A DNA stretch of 45,198 nucleotides, taken from contig CAWJAY010000014.1 in the NCBI GenBank assembly GCA_963840925.1, positions 1 through 45,198 on the forward strand, given 5' to 3'. Origin of the DNA: an uncultured Alphaproteobacteria bacterium (GTDB taxonomy: Bacteria; Pseudomonadota; Alphaproteobacteria; Geminicoccales; Geminicoccaceae). Both the position numbers and the translations under genes were made by a program. The notes below the pieces were generated by a model. It searched no databases and was not told where the DNA came from. It saw only the letters and a list, made by a program, of their open reading frames with translations. Of this stretch, positions 17,402 to 28,208 are shown piece by piece. Numbering within the stretch: position 1 is the stretch's first letter; every line of letters starts with the position of its first letter.

Positions 17402-20400
17402 TCAGGCCAGATCGACCAGCGGACCCGGCGCCGCGCTGCGCAGCAAGGCTTTACGCGCCGGCCACTGGGCAGCCGGCTCGAGCGGCTCGAGAAACTGCAC
17501 CTCGCCGGCCGCGAGCAGCGCGACCGGCAGGCCGTTACGGTAGAGCACGCGGTTGCCGGTCAGCGCGGCGAGCTTGGGCCCCGGCGTCAGGATGCCGACG
17601 AGGTTGAGCGGATCGGCGCCGGACAGCGACACCCAGGCCTCAGAGGCCGGCTTGCGCCGGGCCTCGCGCAGCATCCCGATCGCGTCCGGCAGCGCGAACT
17701 GCTCGCCCGAGAAGCCGGCGACGAACCGGCCGCCCCGGATCTCGCCGCGGGCCTCGAGCCGGCGGTAGACCCGCAGCAGGTCGCGCCAGGGCGGCAGCCA
17801 GTCGGCTTCGCGCTCGAGCAGGCGCCAGAACACGACGCCGTAACGGAGCAGCAATCGGCGCGCGACATGCTCGACCGCCTCGGGCGCAGCGTGCGGCCCG
17901 GGCTGCGCAGCCCGTGCCCGGTGCGCGAGCGCCCAGCGGCCGGCATCCTCCATGCCGAACAGCAGCGAGCGCCGCCGCCGCCGGCCACCGGTGCCGGGCC
18001 GGCGCCGGTCCGACGGCACCAGCAGCGCGCGCAGGCCGCCGAAGCTGTCCGAGTTCACGAGCCCGAACGCCACCAGTTCGGCCAGCGCCTCCTCGACCTG
18101 GGCGCGCAACAGGCCGCTGCCCTCGACCAGCTCGTCGAAGAACGACGCGCCCCGCGCCCGGATGCAGTCGGCGACCAGCTGCGCCCGGCGGCTTGGCTGG
18201 ACCGCGTCCGGCGCCGGCGACAGCGACCCCCAGAGCGGGGCATGCCGGCGCGCGAGCAGCGTGATCGGCGTCGAGCGGACCGGCGACACGGCGCGCTCGC
18301 CGCCGTTCGGGCGGGCGTTGCGGGCGCTGAGCCGCGCCCAGGTGATCCGGCCGGCCAAGCACTGCTCGTCCAGCCAGCTCGGCTCGTATTCGGCAAGGCG
18401 CGCTGGCAGGATCTCGGTCTCCCAGGCGCCGGCCGGGGCCTCGAAGCCTTCGAGCTGGGCGACCACGACCTCGAGCGCGTCGGGCCCCTGCATCCGGGTC
18501 TCGGCGATCGCGTGCTGCCAGCCGAGCAGGAAGCGCAGGAAGTCGCGCGCGGCGACCGGCTCGATCTCGGCGCGCAGGCGCTTGACCGTGTAGCCGTGAA
18601 TTCGGGCGAGCAGGCGGCGCTCGCACCATTCGTCGGCCGCAGCACCAGCGCGTGAAGCGGCCGCGTAGCGCGAAGCCCTCGACCTCGAGTGCTGCGAGTG
18701 CCGAGGCGATCCCGCCCGGCTCGAGCCCGAGCGGTGCTGCGAGCGCCGCCGCCATGACCGGCCCCAGGCCCTCCAGACGGCCGCGCACGATCTCGGCCAG
18801 CGCCTCGTCGCCCGCCCATGCGCGCGCGGCGTGCGCGGCCGGAGCGGCGATCGCGGGCTGGAAGCTGGCAGCGGGCCAGAGCGCCTGGAACTGCGGCAGC
18901 CGTTCGGCGGCGACCCAGAGCGTCGCAGCCGGCGCCTGCAGCCGGGTCACGCGCCGCTCGCCCGCCAGCGCGCTCAGCCAGTCGTTCCAGCCCGGCACCG
19001 CCTGCGCTTCGTCGGCGCTTAGAAAACCGAGCCAGACCAGCGCGTCGTGCAGCTCGTCCGCGTTGGCGGCATCGGGCCAGGCTTCGGAGCGCACGCGCGC
19101 GATCGCCTCGGGATCGAGCCGGCCGAGGTCGGCGGCGGCCTCCGGCGCGAGCCAGCGCCGGGCCATCACGGCCTGGGTCCGGCGCTCCTCGAGCGGCGCA
19201 TCGTCGAGATAGGCGTAGGGCCGGGCGGACAGCACCTCGAGGGCGAGCGGCGAGGGCTCGGTCAGATCGCGCGCGACGACCCGGATCGCGCCCGAACTCG
19301 AGCCCAGCCAGCAGCCGCTCCAGACCTTCGATGTCCATCGCGTCGTGCAGGCAGTCGGCGATCGCCTGCCCGACCAGCGGATGATCGGGCACCTCGCGCT
19401 CGCCGACCAGGTTCTCCAGGCACGCGATCTGGTCCGGGAAGATCGCCGCGATCAGGTCCTCCGCCGCCATGCGCGCGAGCTGCGGCGGGACCTTGCGGCC
19501 GCCGCGGAAGCGCGGCAGCGCGAGCGCCACGGCCGCGACCCAGCGCCAGCGGGTGATGAACATCGGCGCATCGAGCAGCGCCTGGATCAGGAGCGGCCGG
19601 ACGCTCGCCGAATGCAGGTAGTGCTGGACCTCGGCGAGCTCGAAGCTGTGCGCGGTGGTGAGCGACAGCACGATGTCGTCCTCGGTCGCGGCCGCCTGCA
19701 GCTCGAAATTGAACTTGCGGCAGAAGCGCTTGCGCAGCGCCAGCCCCCAGGCCCGGTTGAGCCGGCTGCCGAACGGCGAATGGATCACCAGCTGCATGCC
19801 GCCGACTTCGTCGAAGAAGCGCTCGAGCACGATCTGGTCCTGAGTTGGCAGACAGCCCAGGACCGCATGCGCCGCGGCCAGATAGTCGACCAGCTGGACG
19901 GCGGCCGGCTCGTCGATCCCGAGCTCCTCGACCAGCCAGCGCAGCGCGCTTCCGCCCGCCGGGTCATCGGCCACGCGCGCGGCGACCTCCGCCCTCAGAC
20001 GCGAGACCGCCGCCGACAGTTCGTCGCTGCGCCCGGGCGCCTCGCCCAGCCAGAACGGGATCGTCGGCGGCTGGCCGTGCGCGTCCTCGACCCGGACGAC
20101 GCCGCGCTCGACCCGCAGAATGCGGTAGGACGCGTTGCCGAGCTGGAAGATGTCGCCGGCCATGCTCTCGACCGCGAAGTCCTCGTTCACGGTCCCGATC
20201 ACCTGAATTTCCGGCTCCAGCAGCACCTGATAGTCGGCGGTATCCGGGATCGTGCCGCCCGAGGTCAGCGCGGTCAGCCGGGCCCCGCGCCGGCCGCGCA
20301 GCACGCGGTTGACGGCGTCGTGATGGATCAGCGCGCCGCGTCGTCCGCGCCGGGTGCTGAAGCCCTCCGCCAGCATGGCGACCACGGCCGCGAAATCCTG

Positions 20401-21837
20401 CCGCGCCAGCCCGCGGTACGGCCAGGCGCGCCGGAACAGGGCATAGAGCTCGTCCTCCGGCCATTCCTTGGCGGCGACCTCGGCCACGATCTGTTGCGCC
20501 AGCACGTCCAGCGGCCGCTCGGGAATCTGCAGCCGGTCGAGCTCGCCGCCGGCGACGCTCTCGAGCAGCGCGGCGCACTCGACCAGCTCGTCGCGCGAGA
20601 GCGGAAACAGCCGGCCTTTGGGCGTCCCGTCGATCGAGTGCCCCGAGCGCCCGACCCGCTGCAGAAAGCTCGCGATCGAGCGCGGCGAGCCGATCTGGCA
20701 GACCAGGTCGACCTCGCCGATGTCGATCCCGAGCTCGAGCGAGGCGGTCGCCACCAGCGCCTTCAGCTGGCCGCGCTTGAGCCGCTGCTCGGCGTCCAGC
20801 CGCTGCTCCTTGGCGAGGCTGCCGTGGTGCGCGGCGACCTCGCGCTCGCCCAGGCGCTCCGACAGCTGGCGGGTCACCCGCTCGGCCAGCCGGCGGGTGT
20901 TGACGAAGATCAGGGTCGTGCGATGGGCCACGATCAGCTGGGTCACGCGGTCGTAGACCTGCTGCCAGACGTCGGCCGACATCACCGCCTCGAGCGGCGC
21001 GGCGGGCACTTCCAGCGCGAGGTCGCGCGCCCGGCGGTGGCCGCTGTCGATGACGGTGCACTGGTCGCCCCCCGTGCCGACCAGAAACCGCGCGACGGCC
21101 TCGATCGGTTTTTGGGTCGCCGACAGGCCAATCCGTAGCAACCGCTCGCCGCAGAGCGCTTCCAGGCGCTCGAGCGAGAGCGCCAGGTGGGCGCCGCGTT
21201 TGTTCGGGGCTAGCGCGTGGATCTCGTCGACGATCACGGTCCGGGTGGTCTCGAGCATCCCGCGCCCAGATTGCGAGCCGAGCAGGATGTAGAGCGACTC
21301 CGGGGTGGTCACGACGATGTGCGGCGGGCTGCGGCGCATGCGCTCGCGCTCGCCGGACGGGGTGTCGCCGGTGCGCACCCAGGTCCGGATCTCGACGTCC
21401 GGCAGGCCCTGGGCGCGGAGCGCGTCGCGGATCCCGGCGAGCGGCGCTTCCAGGTTGCGCTGGATGTCGTTCGAGAGCGCCTTGAGCGGCGATACGTAGA
21501 CGACCTGGGTCTGGTCGGCGAGCCGGCCCTCGAGCCCTTGGCGGAGCAGCGCGTCGATCGCCGCGAGAAAGGCCGCGAGCGTCTTGCCCGAGCCCGTCGG
21601 GGCCGCGATCAGCGTATGCCGGCCGGCCTGAATCGCAGGCCACGCCTCGGCCTGCGCCGCGGTTGGCGCCGCAAAGCTGCGCTCGAACCAGGCGGCGACC
21701 GCCGGGTGGAACAGCGAGGCTGGATGCACGCGATCAAAACCGGTGTGGTGAATGGCAGCTTCCGCCTGGCACGGTCGCCGACCGGGCCAGGCGGCCATGA
21801 CAATAAAGGCATCGCGGCGCGCGGAATCAACTCCCAA
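17402..21837 (-). CDS. lhr: Lhr, large ATP-dependent DEAD/DEAH-box helicase (~1478 codons), interrupted by two frameshifts as sequenced
   Basis: Helicase motifs [20 protein letters not shown]-like and LSAT. The product continues across three overlapping minus-strand track ORFs (18055-21837, 17640-19235, 17402-18493). The frame changes near ~19250 and ~18500-18650. The summed length matches full-length Lhr. Confidence 0.7.
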
Positions 21838-21918
21838 ATCGCCCCCGCGCGGCCAAGGATCAGCTTGTCCCGCTGCCTCGGCTGCTCCAAACTGCGCCGG
21901 TCAGGACAGAGGGGGCGC

Positions 21919-22902
21919 ATGCAGCCGTCCCGGGATCACGACGGCCGACCAGGAGGGGCTCGCGCGCGGCTGCGGACGATCGTCCTGAGCGCGCTCGCGG
22001 CGGCGGTCCTCGTGCTCGTGCCGTTCTGCTTCTTCGTCGTCGACGAGGCCGAGTACGCCGTCGTCACCCAGTTCGGCGAGCCGGTCCAGGTCGTGACCGA
22101 ACCGGGCCTCGGCCTCAAGTTTCCCTACCAGAACGTCAACCAGTTCGACCGCCGGCTGTTCGTCTACGCGCCGCCGCTGTCCGAGTTCCTGACCCTGGAA
22201 AAGACCGCGGTCGTCGCCTCGAGCGTGATCCTCTGGCGGATCGCCGAGCCGCGCCGGTTCTTCGAGACCGTGTTCGACCGGACCGGCGCCGAAGCCCGCC
22301 TGAGCGACATCCTGTTCGCCGAGCTAGGCGCTGCGATCGGACGCAACCCGTTGACCGCGTTCGTTTCGGTCGAGCCCGGCGCGTATCAGGCCGAGGACGT
22401 GCTCGAGCGGGTCACCGGCACGCTGCGCGCGGCAGCGCGGCGCGACTATGGCATCGAGGTGGTCGACGTCCAGCTGCAGCGGTTCGACTTCCCCGATCGC
22501 AACCGGCTGCGGGTCTACGCGCGCATGAAGTCCGAGCGTGCGCGCATCAGCATGAAGTATCGCTCCGAAGGCGAGGAGGAGGGCCTGAAGATCCGGGCGG
22601 CCGCGGACCAGGAGCGGAGCCGGCTGCTCTCCGAGGCCTACAAGGTGAGCCAGCAGCATCGCGGCCAGGGCGACGCCGACGCGGCCAGGATCTATGCCGA
22701 GGCGCTGGGCAAGGCACCGGAGTACTACCGGTTCATGCGGACGATGGAGGCAACTCGGAAGTTCGTGAAGCCGGACACGACCATGGTCCTGCCGGCGAAT
22801 TCCGAGCTGTTCGGGCTGCTCTACGACAGCCATCACTATGACCAGCCCGGCGCGTCGGGGACCGCCGCCGGGCCAGCCGAGGAGGAGATGCCGATGCGCT
22901 GA
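21919..22902 (+). CDS. SPFH/band-7 protein, HflC-like paralog 1
   Basis: N-terminal TM helix (LSALAAAVLVLVPFCFFVV) followed by VDEAEYAVVTQFGEPVQVVTEPGLGLKFPYQNV, the HflC-type SPFH core. The start was chosen at the internal Met of track ORF 21217-22902. Confidence 0.75.
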   Translation: MQPSRDHDGRPGGARARLRTIVLSALAAAVLVLVPFCFFVVDEAEYAVVTQFGEPVQVVTEPGLGLKFPYQNVNQFDRRLFVYAPPLSEFLTLEKTAVVASSVILWRIAEPRRFFETVFDRTGAEARLSDILFAELGAAIGRNPLTAFVSVEPGAYQAEDVLERVTGTLRAAARRDYGIEVVDVQLQRFDFPDRNRLRVYARMKSERARISMKYRSEGEEEGLKIRAAADQERSRLLSEAYKVSQQHRGQGDADAARIYAEALGKAPEYYRFMRTMEATRKFVKPDTTMVLPANSELFGLLYDSHHYDQPGASGTAAGPAEEEMPMR

Positions 22903-22968
22903 CGATCGCAACCGAGCCGCATCAGCGGCCAGACTTTGGCAAAAGAACCAAGAAGGGGGAGTTGAGCA

Positions 22969-23994
22969 ATGTTCGTTTCAGGCAGATTCGTGACCACGAC
23001 CCTGCCCATCCTGGCAGCGGCCGCGCTGCTGAGCGGGCCCGCGCTGGCGGCCGAGGTCGAGTACGATCCCGGCGACACCGTCTATTTCACCTACTGCTTC
23101 TCGCACCCGCCGGCCGCCCGCATCAACCCGGGCGACACGGTCAAGACCAGCACGCGCGACGCGTCCAACGACGTGTTCTCGGTCACCGACAAGACCGTGA
23201 TGTCCAAGCTCGACCTGTCGGCGGTCAACCCGCAGACCGGACCGTTCTACATCGAAGGTGCTGAGCCCGGCGACACGCTCGTGGTCCGGATCGACGACAT
23301 CAGCCTGAACCGCGATTTCGGCTGGGGCGCCTCGATCCCGTTCTTCGGCGCGCTGGCACCCGAGTACAAGACCGCGATGATCACCGACCCGGTGCCGGAC
23401 AAGCTGTTCATCTGGAAGCTCGATGCCGAACGGAACGTCGGCATGCTCGATCTGCCGAACAGCAAGATCGGCAAGGTCGAGGTGCCCTTGCGGCCGTTCT
23501 TCGGCACGATCGGCACCGCGCCTCCCGGCAAGGAATGCTGGAGCTCGCTGACCCCCGGGCCGCACGGCGCCAACATGGACTTCAACGAGGTGGTCGAGGG
23601 CGTGACCATGCAATTCCCGGTGTTCGAGCCGGGGGCGCTGTTCATGCTCGGCGACGGCCACGCCGCCCAGGGTGACGGCGAGATCGACGGCGCCGCGATC
23701 GAGACGTCGTTCGACGTCACCTTCACCGTCGATCTGATCAAGGGCAAGAAGATCAACTGGCCCCGGCTCGAGAACGACGAGGTGATCATGACGATCGGCA
23801 GCACCCGGCCGCTGATGGACGCGCTCCGGATCGCGTGCGCCGACATGGTCAACCTGCTGGTCGAGGACCACGGCTACGACAAGTACGAGGCGCTCCAGCT
23901 GCTGGGCCAGGCCGCCAGCATCGAGATCGCCAACGTGGTCGACCCGCAGTACTCGGTCGCGTGCGTGTTGGAGAAGAAGTACCTGCCGCAGTAG
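22969..23994 (+). CDS. acetamidase/formamidase (FmdA_AmdA) family amidohydrolase with N-terminal Sec signal peptide
   Basis: GPFYIEGAEPGDTLVVRIDDI is the family signature. The N-terminus MFVSGRFVTTTLPILAAAALLSGPALA-AEV looks like a cleavable signal peptide. Confidence 0.8.
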   Translation: MFVSGRFVTTTLPILAAAALLSGPALAAEVEYDPGDTVYFTYCFSHPPAARINPGDTVKTSTRDASNDVFSVTDKTVMSKLDLSAVNPQTGPFYIEGAEPGDTLVVRIDDISLNRDFGWGASIPFFGALAPEYKTAMITDPVPDKLFIWKLDAERNVGMLDLPNSKIGKVEVPLRPFFGTIGTAPPGKECWSSLTPGPHGANMDFNEVVEGVTMQFPVFEPGALFMLGDGHAAQGDGEIDGAAIETSFDVTFTVDLIKGKKINWPRLENDEVIMTIGSTRPLMDALRIACADMVNLLVEDHGYDKYEALQLLGQAASIEIANVVDPQYSVACVLEKKYLPQ

Positions 23995-24061
23995 CAACGC
24001 TGACGGGTCGCCGGCTGGAGGCCGCGCTCGGTGGCCTCCAGCCGGGTCCCCGGGGGACCGG

Positions 24062-26250
24062 ATGGTCGATTTCCTGCTCCAGGTCGCGCTTCAGACCTGG
24101 TGGATCGTCAAGGAAGCCGCGGTCTTCCTGCTGTTCGGCTTTGCGCTCGCGGGCGTGCTCGCGGTCCTGGTGCCGGCGCGGACCCTGCTGCGCTTCTTCG
24201 GCACCGGCAACGTCAAATCCGTGCTCTGGGCGTCCGCGATCGGCGCGCCGCTGCCGCTCTGCTCCTGCGGCGTGCTGCCGACTGCGCTGGGGTTGCGCCG
24301 GCAGGGCGCGACCAAGGGCGCCACCGTCGCGTTCCTGATCTCGACGCCGGAGACCGGGGTCGATTCGATCAGCCTGAGCTACGCGCTGATGGACCCGGTG
24401 ATCACGATCTTCCGCCCGGTCACCGCGCTGGTCACGGCGATCACGGCCGGGCTTGCGACCAATCTGTTCGGCGAACGCCGACCGTCCAGGACGCCCGCTT
24501 CAGATGCCCTCGCGGTCAACGCGGCGCCCGCCGCGCCCGAACGCTGCTGCGAGCACGAGGGTGGCCCGGATCACGGCCACGACCACCACCATGACCACGC
24601 GACCTGGTTCGGGCCCACGCCGGCCCCGGCCGGAGCGCCGCCCGTGCAGACGCTGCGCGCGATCTACGGCTACGCGTTTCGCGACCTCTTGGACGAGATC
24701 GGTCATTGGCTGGTGCTCGGCATCGTGCTGTCCGGAGTTCTCGCCGCCTCGCTGCCGCCCGATGTGTTCGAGCGCTATCTGAACGATCCGCTCGCCTCGA
24801 TGCTGCTGATGCTGGTGATCGGCATCCCGATGTACACCTGCGCGTCTGCGGCCACCCCGGTCATGGCGACCTTGGTCATGAGCGGGTTCAATCCCGGTGC
24901 TGCGCTGGTGTTTCTGTTGGCCGGACCGGCGACCAGCATCAGCAGCATCACCGTTCTGCTGAAGTTCCTCGGCGCGCGGGTGCTGATGCTCTACCTCGCC
25001 AGCATCGCGGTGATGAGCCTGCTCGCCGGGTTCGCGCTGAACTGGACTTACCAGGCGCTGGCGATCGACCCGCGCGCGACCTTCGGCACCGCGACCGGCT
25101 TCGTCCCGGAGCCGCTCAAGGTCGCGGGCGGCCTGCTGCTGCTGACGCTGTTGCTGTTCAGCCTGCGTCGCACGCCGGTGCCGGCCGAGTGGCGCTGGCT
25201 GCGCGATCGGGTGGTTGGCCTGTCCGGCATCCGCCTCAGCGCGACGCGGCTCAAGGTCGGGGCACTCGCCGCGCTCGTGCTGCTGTACCTGGGCAGCGGC
25301 CTGTTCAGCGTCCAGCCGGGCGAGCGCGGCATCGAGCTGCGCTTTGGCCGGGTCACGGCCGCCGATCTGGCGCCCGGCCTGCATTACCGGCTGCCCTGGC
25401 CGTTCGAGAGCCACCGGATCGTGCCGACTGATCTCGTGCGCCGGGCCGAGCTCGGCTTTCGCAGCCCCGCCGACCTCGGCGTCCGGACGCTCGCGCGCAA
25501 CCTTTTGACCGTCGGCGGGCCCTCGAACCCGGTGCCGAACGCGATCAAGTCGACCGGCTTCTGGTTCGAGAAGCAGAGCGTGCCGGAGGAATCCTTCCTT
25601 TTGACCGGCGATGGCAACTTCATCGACGTCCGTTTCAGCGTCCAGTACCGGGTCGAGGATCGGTCGCGTTCGCCTATCGGTTGGCCGAGCCCGAGGCGCT
25701 GGTGCGCAGCCTCACGCTCGCCGCGCTGCGCGCGATCGTCGCGACCGGCGCGATCGATGCCGTCTACACGACCGACCGCGGCGCGATCGAGCAGCAGGTC
25801 CAGGACCGCGTGCAGGCGCGCCTCGACAGCTATGGCGCCGGGCTCGAGCTGTTGTCGGTGCGCCTCCTCTACGTGCATCCGCCGGAGGAGGTTCACGACG
25901 CGTTTCGCGACGTCGCGAGCGCGCAGGAGGACAAGCTGCGGACGATCAACCGGGCTGAGACCTTCGCGGTCGAGAAGGTCAATCAGGCCGTGGGCGAGGC
26001 GGCCGCCAGGATCGAGGCCGCCAAGGCCTTCCAGAGCGCACGCGTCCGGCACGCCGAGGGCGACGCCGCCGGGTTCGAGCTCAAGGTCGACGCCTATCGG
26101 CAGGCGCCCGAGCTGACCCGTTTCCGGCTTCAGCTCGAGACCGCCGAGGCAGCACTACCGGGCGTGCAGAAGTTCGTCCGCCCCGGTGCCGACGACCTGA
26201 AGGACCTCGACCTCTGGCTGCTGGAGCCGTTCGGGGCGAGCCCCAAGTGA
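24062..26250 (+). CDS. His-rich metal permease (PF03773/ArsP-DUF318, SO_0444-type Cu/Zn efflux-like) in frame with an HflK-like SPFH protein. Frameshift near 25670 as sequenced.
   Basis: Permease part: multiple TM helices, CSC motif PLPLCSCGVLP, His-rich loop CCEHEGGPDHGHDHHHDH. With no stop, the same ORF continues into a TM helix plus FSVQPGERGIELRFGRV...PGLHYRLPWPFESHRIV (HflK-type). The HflK C-terminal half continues in track ORF 25681-26250 after a 1-nt shift at ...VQYRVED|PVAFAYRLAEPEAL.... Confidence 0.6.
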
Positions 26251-27243
26251 TGGCCACGACCACGCCCAGGGCCTCGAGCAGAAGGCGCCGGACGCTGCTG
26301 CTGGCGCTCGGCGCCCTCGCGCTCTGGGCGGCATGGGCGGCGCTGTTCACGGTCGATGTGACCAAGTCCGGGGTTGTGACCCGCTTCGGTCGGGTGCAGC
26401 GCGTCGTCGATGCGCCGGGCCTGCATCTGAAGCTGCCGTTCGAGCGGGTCGTGGCCGTCGACCGGAGCCTGCTCTATTCCAGGCCCGCCGAGGCCGAGTA
26501 CCTGACCGAGGACAAGAAGAACGTCGTGATCGAGAGCCTTGCGCTCTGGCGGATCGCCGATCCGGCACGGTTTCTCGAGACGCTCGCGACCCGCGCCAGC
26601 GCCGAGGTCCAGCTGGCCGACGTCGTGCTCGCCGAGATCGGCGCCGCGCTCGGCGACTATCCCTTCGTCTCGCTGGTCTCGTCGGGCGACCAGGCCAGCC
26701 GGTTCCGGGACTTGGTTGCCCAGGTGCAGGCTGCGGTCGCAGGCCTACGCGCTCCCGGCCTACGGCATCGAGGTCCTGAACGTCGACGTCCGCCAGCTCG
26801 CGCTGCCCGCGCAGAACCAGGCCGGCGTGTTCGAGCGCATGAAGGCCGAACGCGGCAAGATCGCCCGGCAGTACCGGTCCGAGGGCGAGCGCGATGCGAG
26901 CCGGATGATCGCGGAGGCCGAGGCGGAGAAGACGACGATCGCGGCTGAGGCTTACAAGGAAGCCGCCCGGGTGCGGGCCGAGGGCGATGCCGAGGCGATG
27001 CGGATCTACGCCGATGCGTTCGGCGCCGATGCGCCCTTCTATAAGTTCCTGCGGACGCTTCAGGCCTACGAGGCGGTGCTGGACGAGCGGACCACGCTGT
27101 TCCTGCCGGCCGGCGCCGAGGTGCTCGAGATGCTGCGCAACGATGGCGCGGCCGACGGCCCCGGCATCGGGCCCGGCGCGCCGGCGCCGGCGCGGGACAA
27201 CCTGGCGGCCGACCAGCCCGGGCCGGCCGAGGTCGCGCGATGA
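26247..27243 (+). CDS. SPFH/band-7 protein, HflC-like paralog 2 (frameshift near 26740 as sequenced)
   Basis: Starts with a TM helix and FTVDVTKSGVVTRFGRVQRVVDAPGLHLKLPFERV. The C-terminal half (YGIEVLNVDVRQLALP...RMKAERGKIA...) continues in track ORF 26539-27243. Its stop overlaps the next ATG (ATGA). Confidence 0.7.
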
Positions 27244-28187
27244 GCGATCTGGCCGCTGTCCCGAGCGCTCGCTGGCGGCCCTCGCCGGCGCTGCTGCGCA
27301 GCGGCCTCGCGGCCGTGGCTCTGCTGCTGCTGGCCGGCTGGCTCGGCAGCGGCTTCTACCTGGTCGATACCGACCAGCAGGGCGTGGTCCGCCGGTTCGG
27401 CGCCATCGAGGCGCGGGTCGGCCCCGGCATGCACTACCGCCTGCCCTGGCCGATCGACCGGGTGGACGTGGTCCGGACCAAGAGCGTGATGAAGACCGGG
27501 GTCGGCTTCGAGCTGCCCGCGGGCGAGCAGACCGCGGTCATCGGCATGCCGCTGATGACCGGCGACACCAACCTTCTGAGCGTCGCGCTCGTGCTCCAGT
27601 ACGTGATCCGCAACCCGGCCGACTACCTGTTCCGGATCGAGGACCCGCAGACGCTGATCGGCAACCTCGCCGAGACCGTGCTGACCGAGACCGCGATCGG
27701 CATGGCGGTCGACGACCTGCTGACCACCGGCCGCCTGGCGCTCCAGGAGAGGGTCAAGACCGAAACCCAGGCGATGCTCGACCGCTATCAGAGCGGCATC
27801 CAGCTGACCTCCTCGAACATCATGACGATCACGCTCGACCCGTCGGTCGCGACCGCGTTCCAGGAAGTGACCGACGCGATGGCCGATCGCGAGAAGAGCC
27901 GGAACGAGGCCCGGATGTATGCCAACAACCAGATCCCGAAGGCGCGCGGCGAGGCCGATGCGGTCGTGCGCGAGGCCAAGGCATACCGGCAGCAGCGGAT
28001 CGCCGAGGCGATCGGCGACACCGACCGCTTCCTGGCCCTGCTCGGCGAGTACCGCAAAGCGCCCGAGATCACGCGCTCGAGGCTCTACCTCGAAGCGATG
28101 GAGCGGATCCTGCCCAAGGTCAAGATCTACGTGGTCGATTCCGAGGGCGGCCGGGTGCCGTTCACGCTCCGGGTCGGCAAGCCCTGA
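27240..28187 (+). CDS. SPFH/band-7 protein, HflK-like paralog 2 (intact)
   Basis: TM helix followed by GFYLVDTDQQGVVRRFGAIEARVGPGMHYRLPWPIDRVDVV. 315 aa. Confidence 0.8.
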   Translation: MSDLAAVPSARWRPSPALLRSGLAAVALLLLAGWLGSGFYLVDTDQQGVVRRFGAIEARVGPGMHYRLPWPIDRVDVVRTKSVMKTGVGFELPAGEQTAVIGMPLMTGDTNLLSVALVLQYVIRNPADYLFRIEDPQTLIGNLAETVLTETAIGMAVDDLLTTGRLALQERVKTETQAMLDRYQSGIQLTSSNIMTITLDPSVATAFQEVTDAMADREKSRNEARMYANNQIPKARGEADAVVREAKAYRQQRIAEAIGDTDRFLALLGEYRKAPEITRSRLYLEAMERILPKVKIYVVDSEGGRVPFTLRVGKP

Positions 28188-28188
28188 A

Positions 28189-28207
28189 CGCCGCCCGTTG
28201 CGGCGGC
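28189..28207. terminator. short GC hairpin between convergent hflK-like and livG-like genes (possible bidirectional terminator, no U-tract)
   Basis: gccgcc-cgttgc-ggcggc is a 6-bp GC stem right after the HflK2 stop and 2 nt before the LivG-like stop codon on the other strand. Confidence 0.2.
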
Positions 28208-28208
28208 C

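Noticed and set aside
19345-21138. 597-aa plus-strand ORF and other long ORFs (16376-18655 +, 19964-21643 -) in the lhr region
   Set aside because: They are antisense or alternative-frame shadows of lhr and fpg/nei. Their composition is dominated by Arg/Ala/Pro/Gly with no motifs.
25150-25230. HflK paralog 1 as a separate gene starting at an internal GTG (VPAEWRWL...)
   Set aside because: It is in the same frame as the permease with no intervening stop. As sequenced it cannot be an independent overlapping gene, so it is reported as a fusion pending read-level verification.
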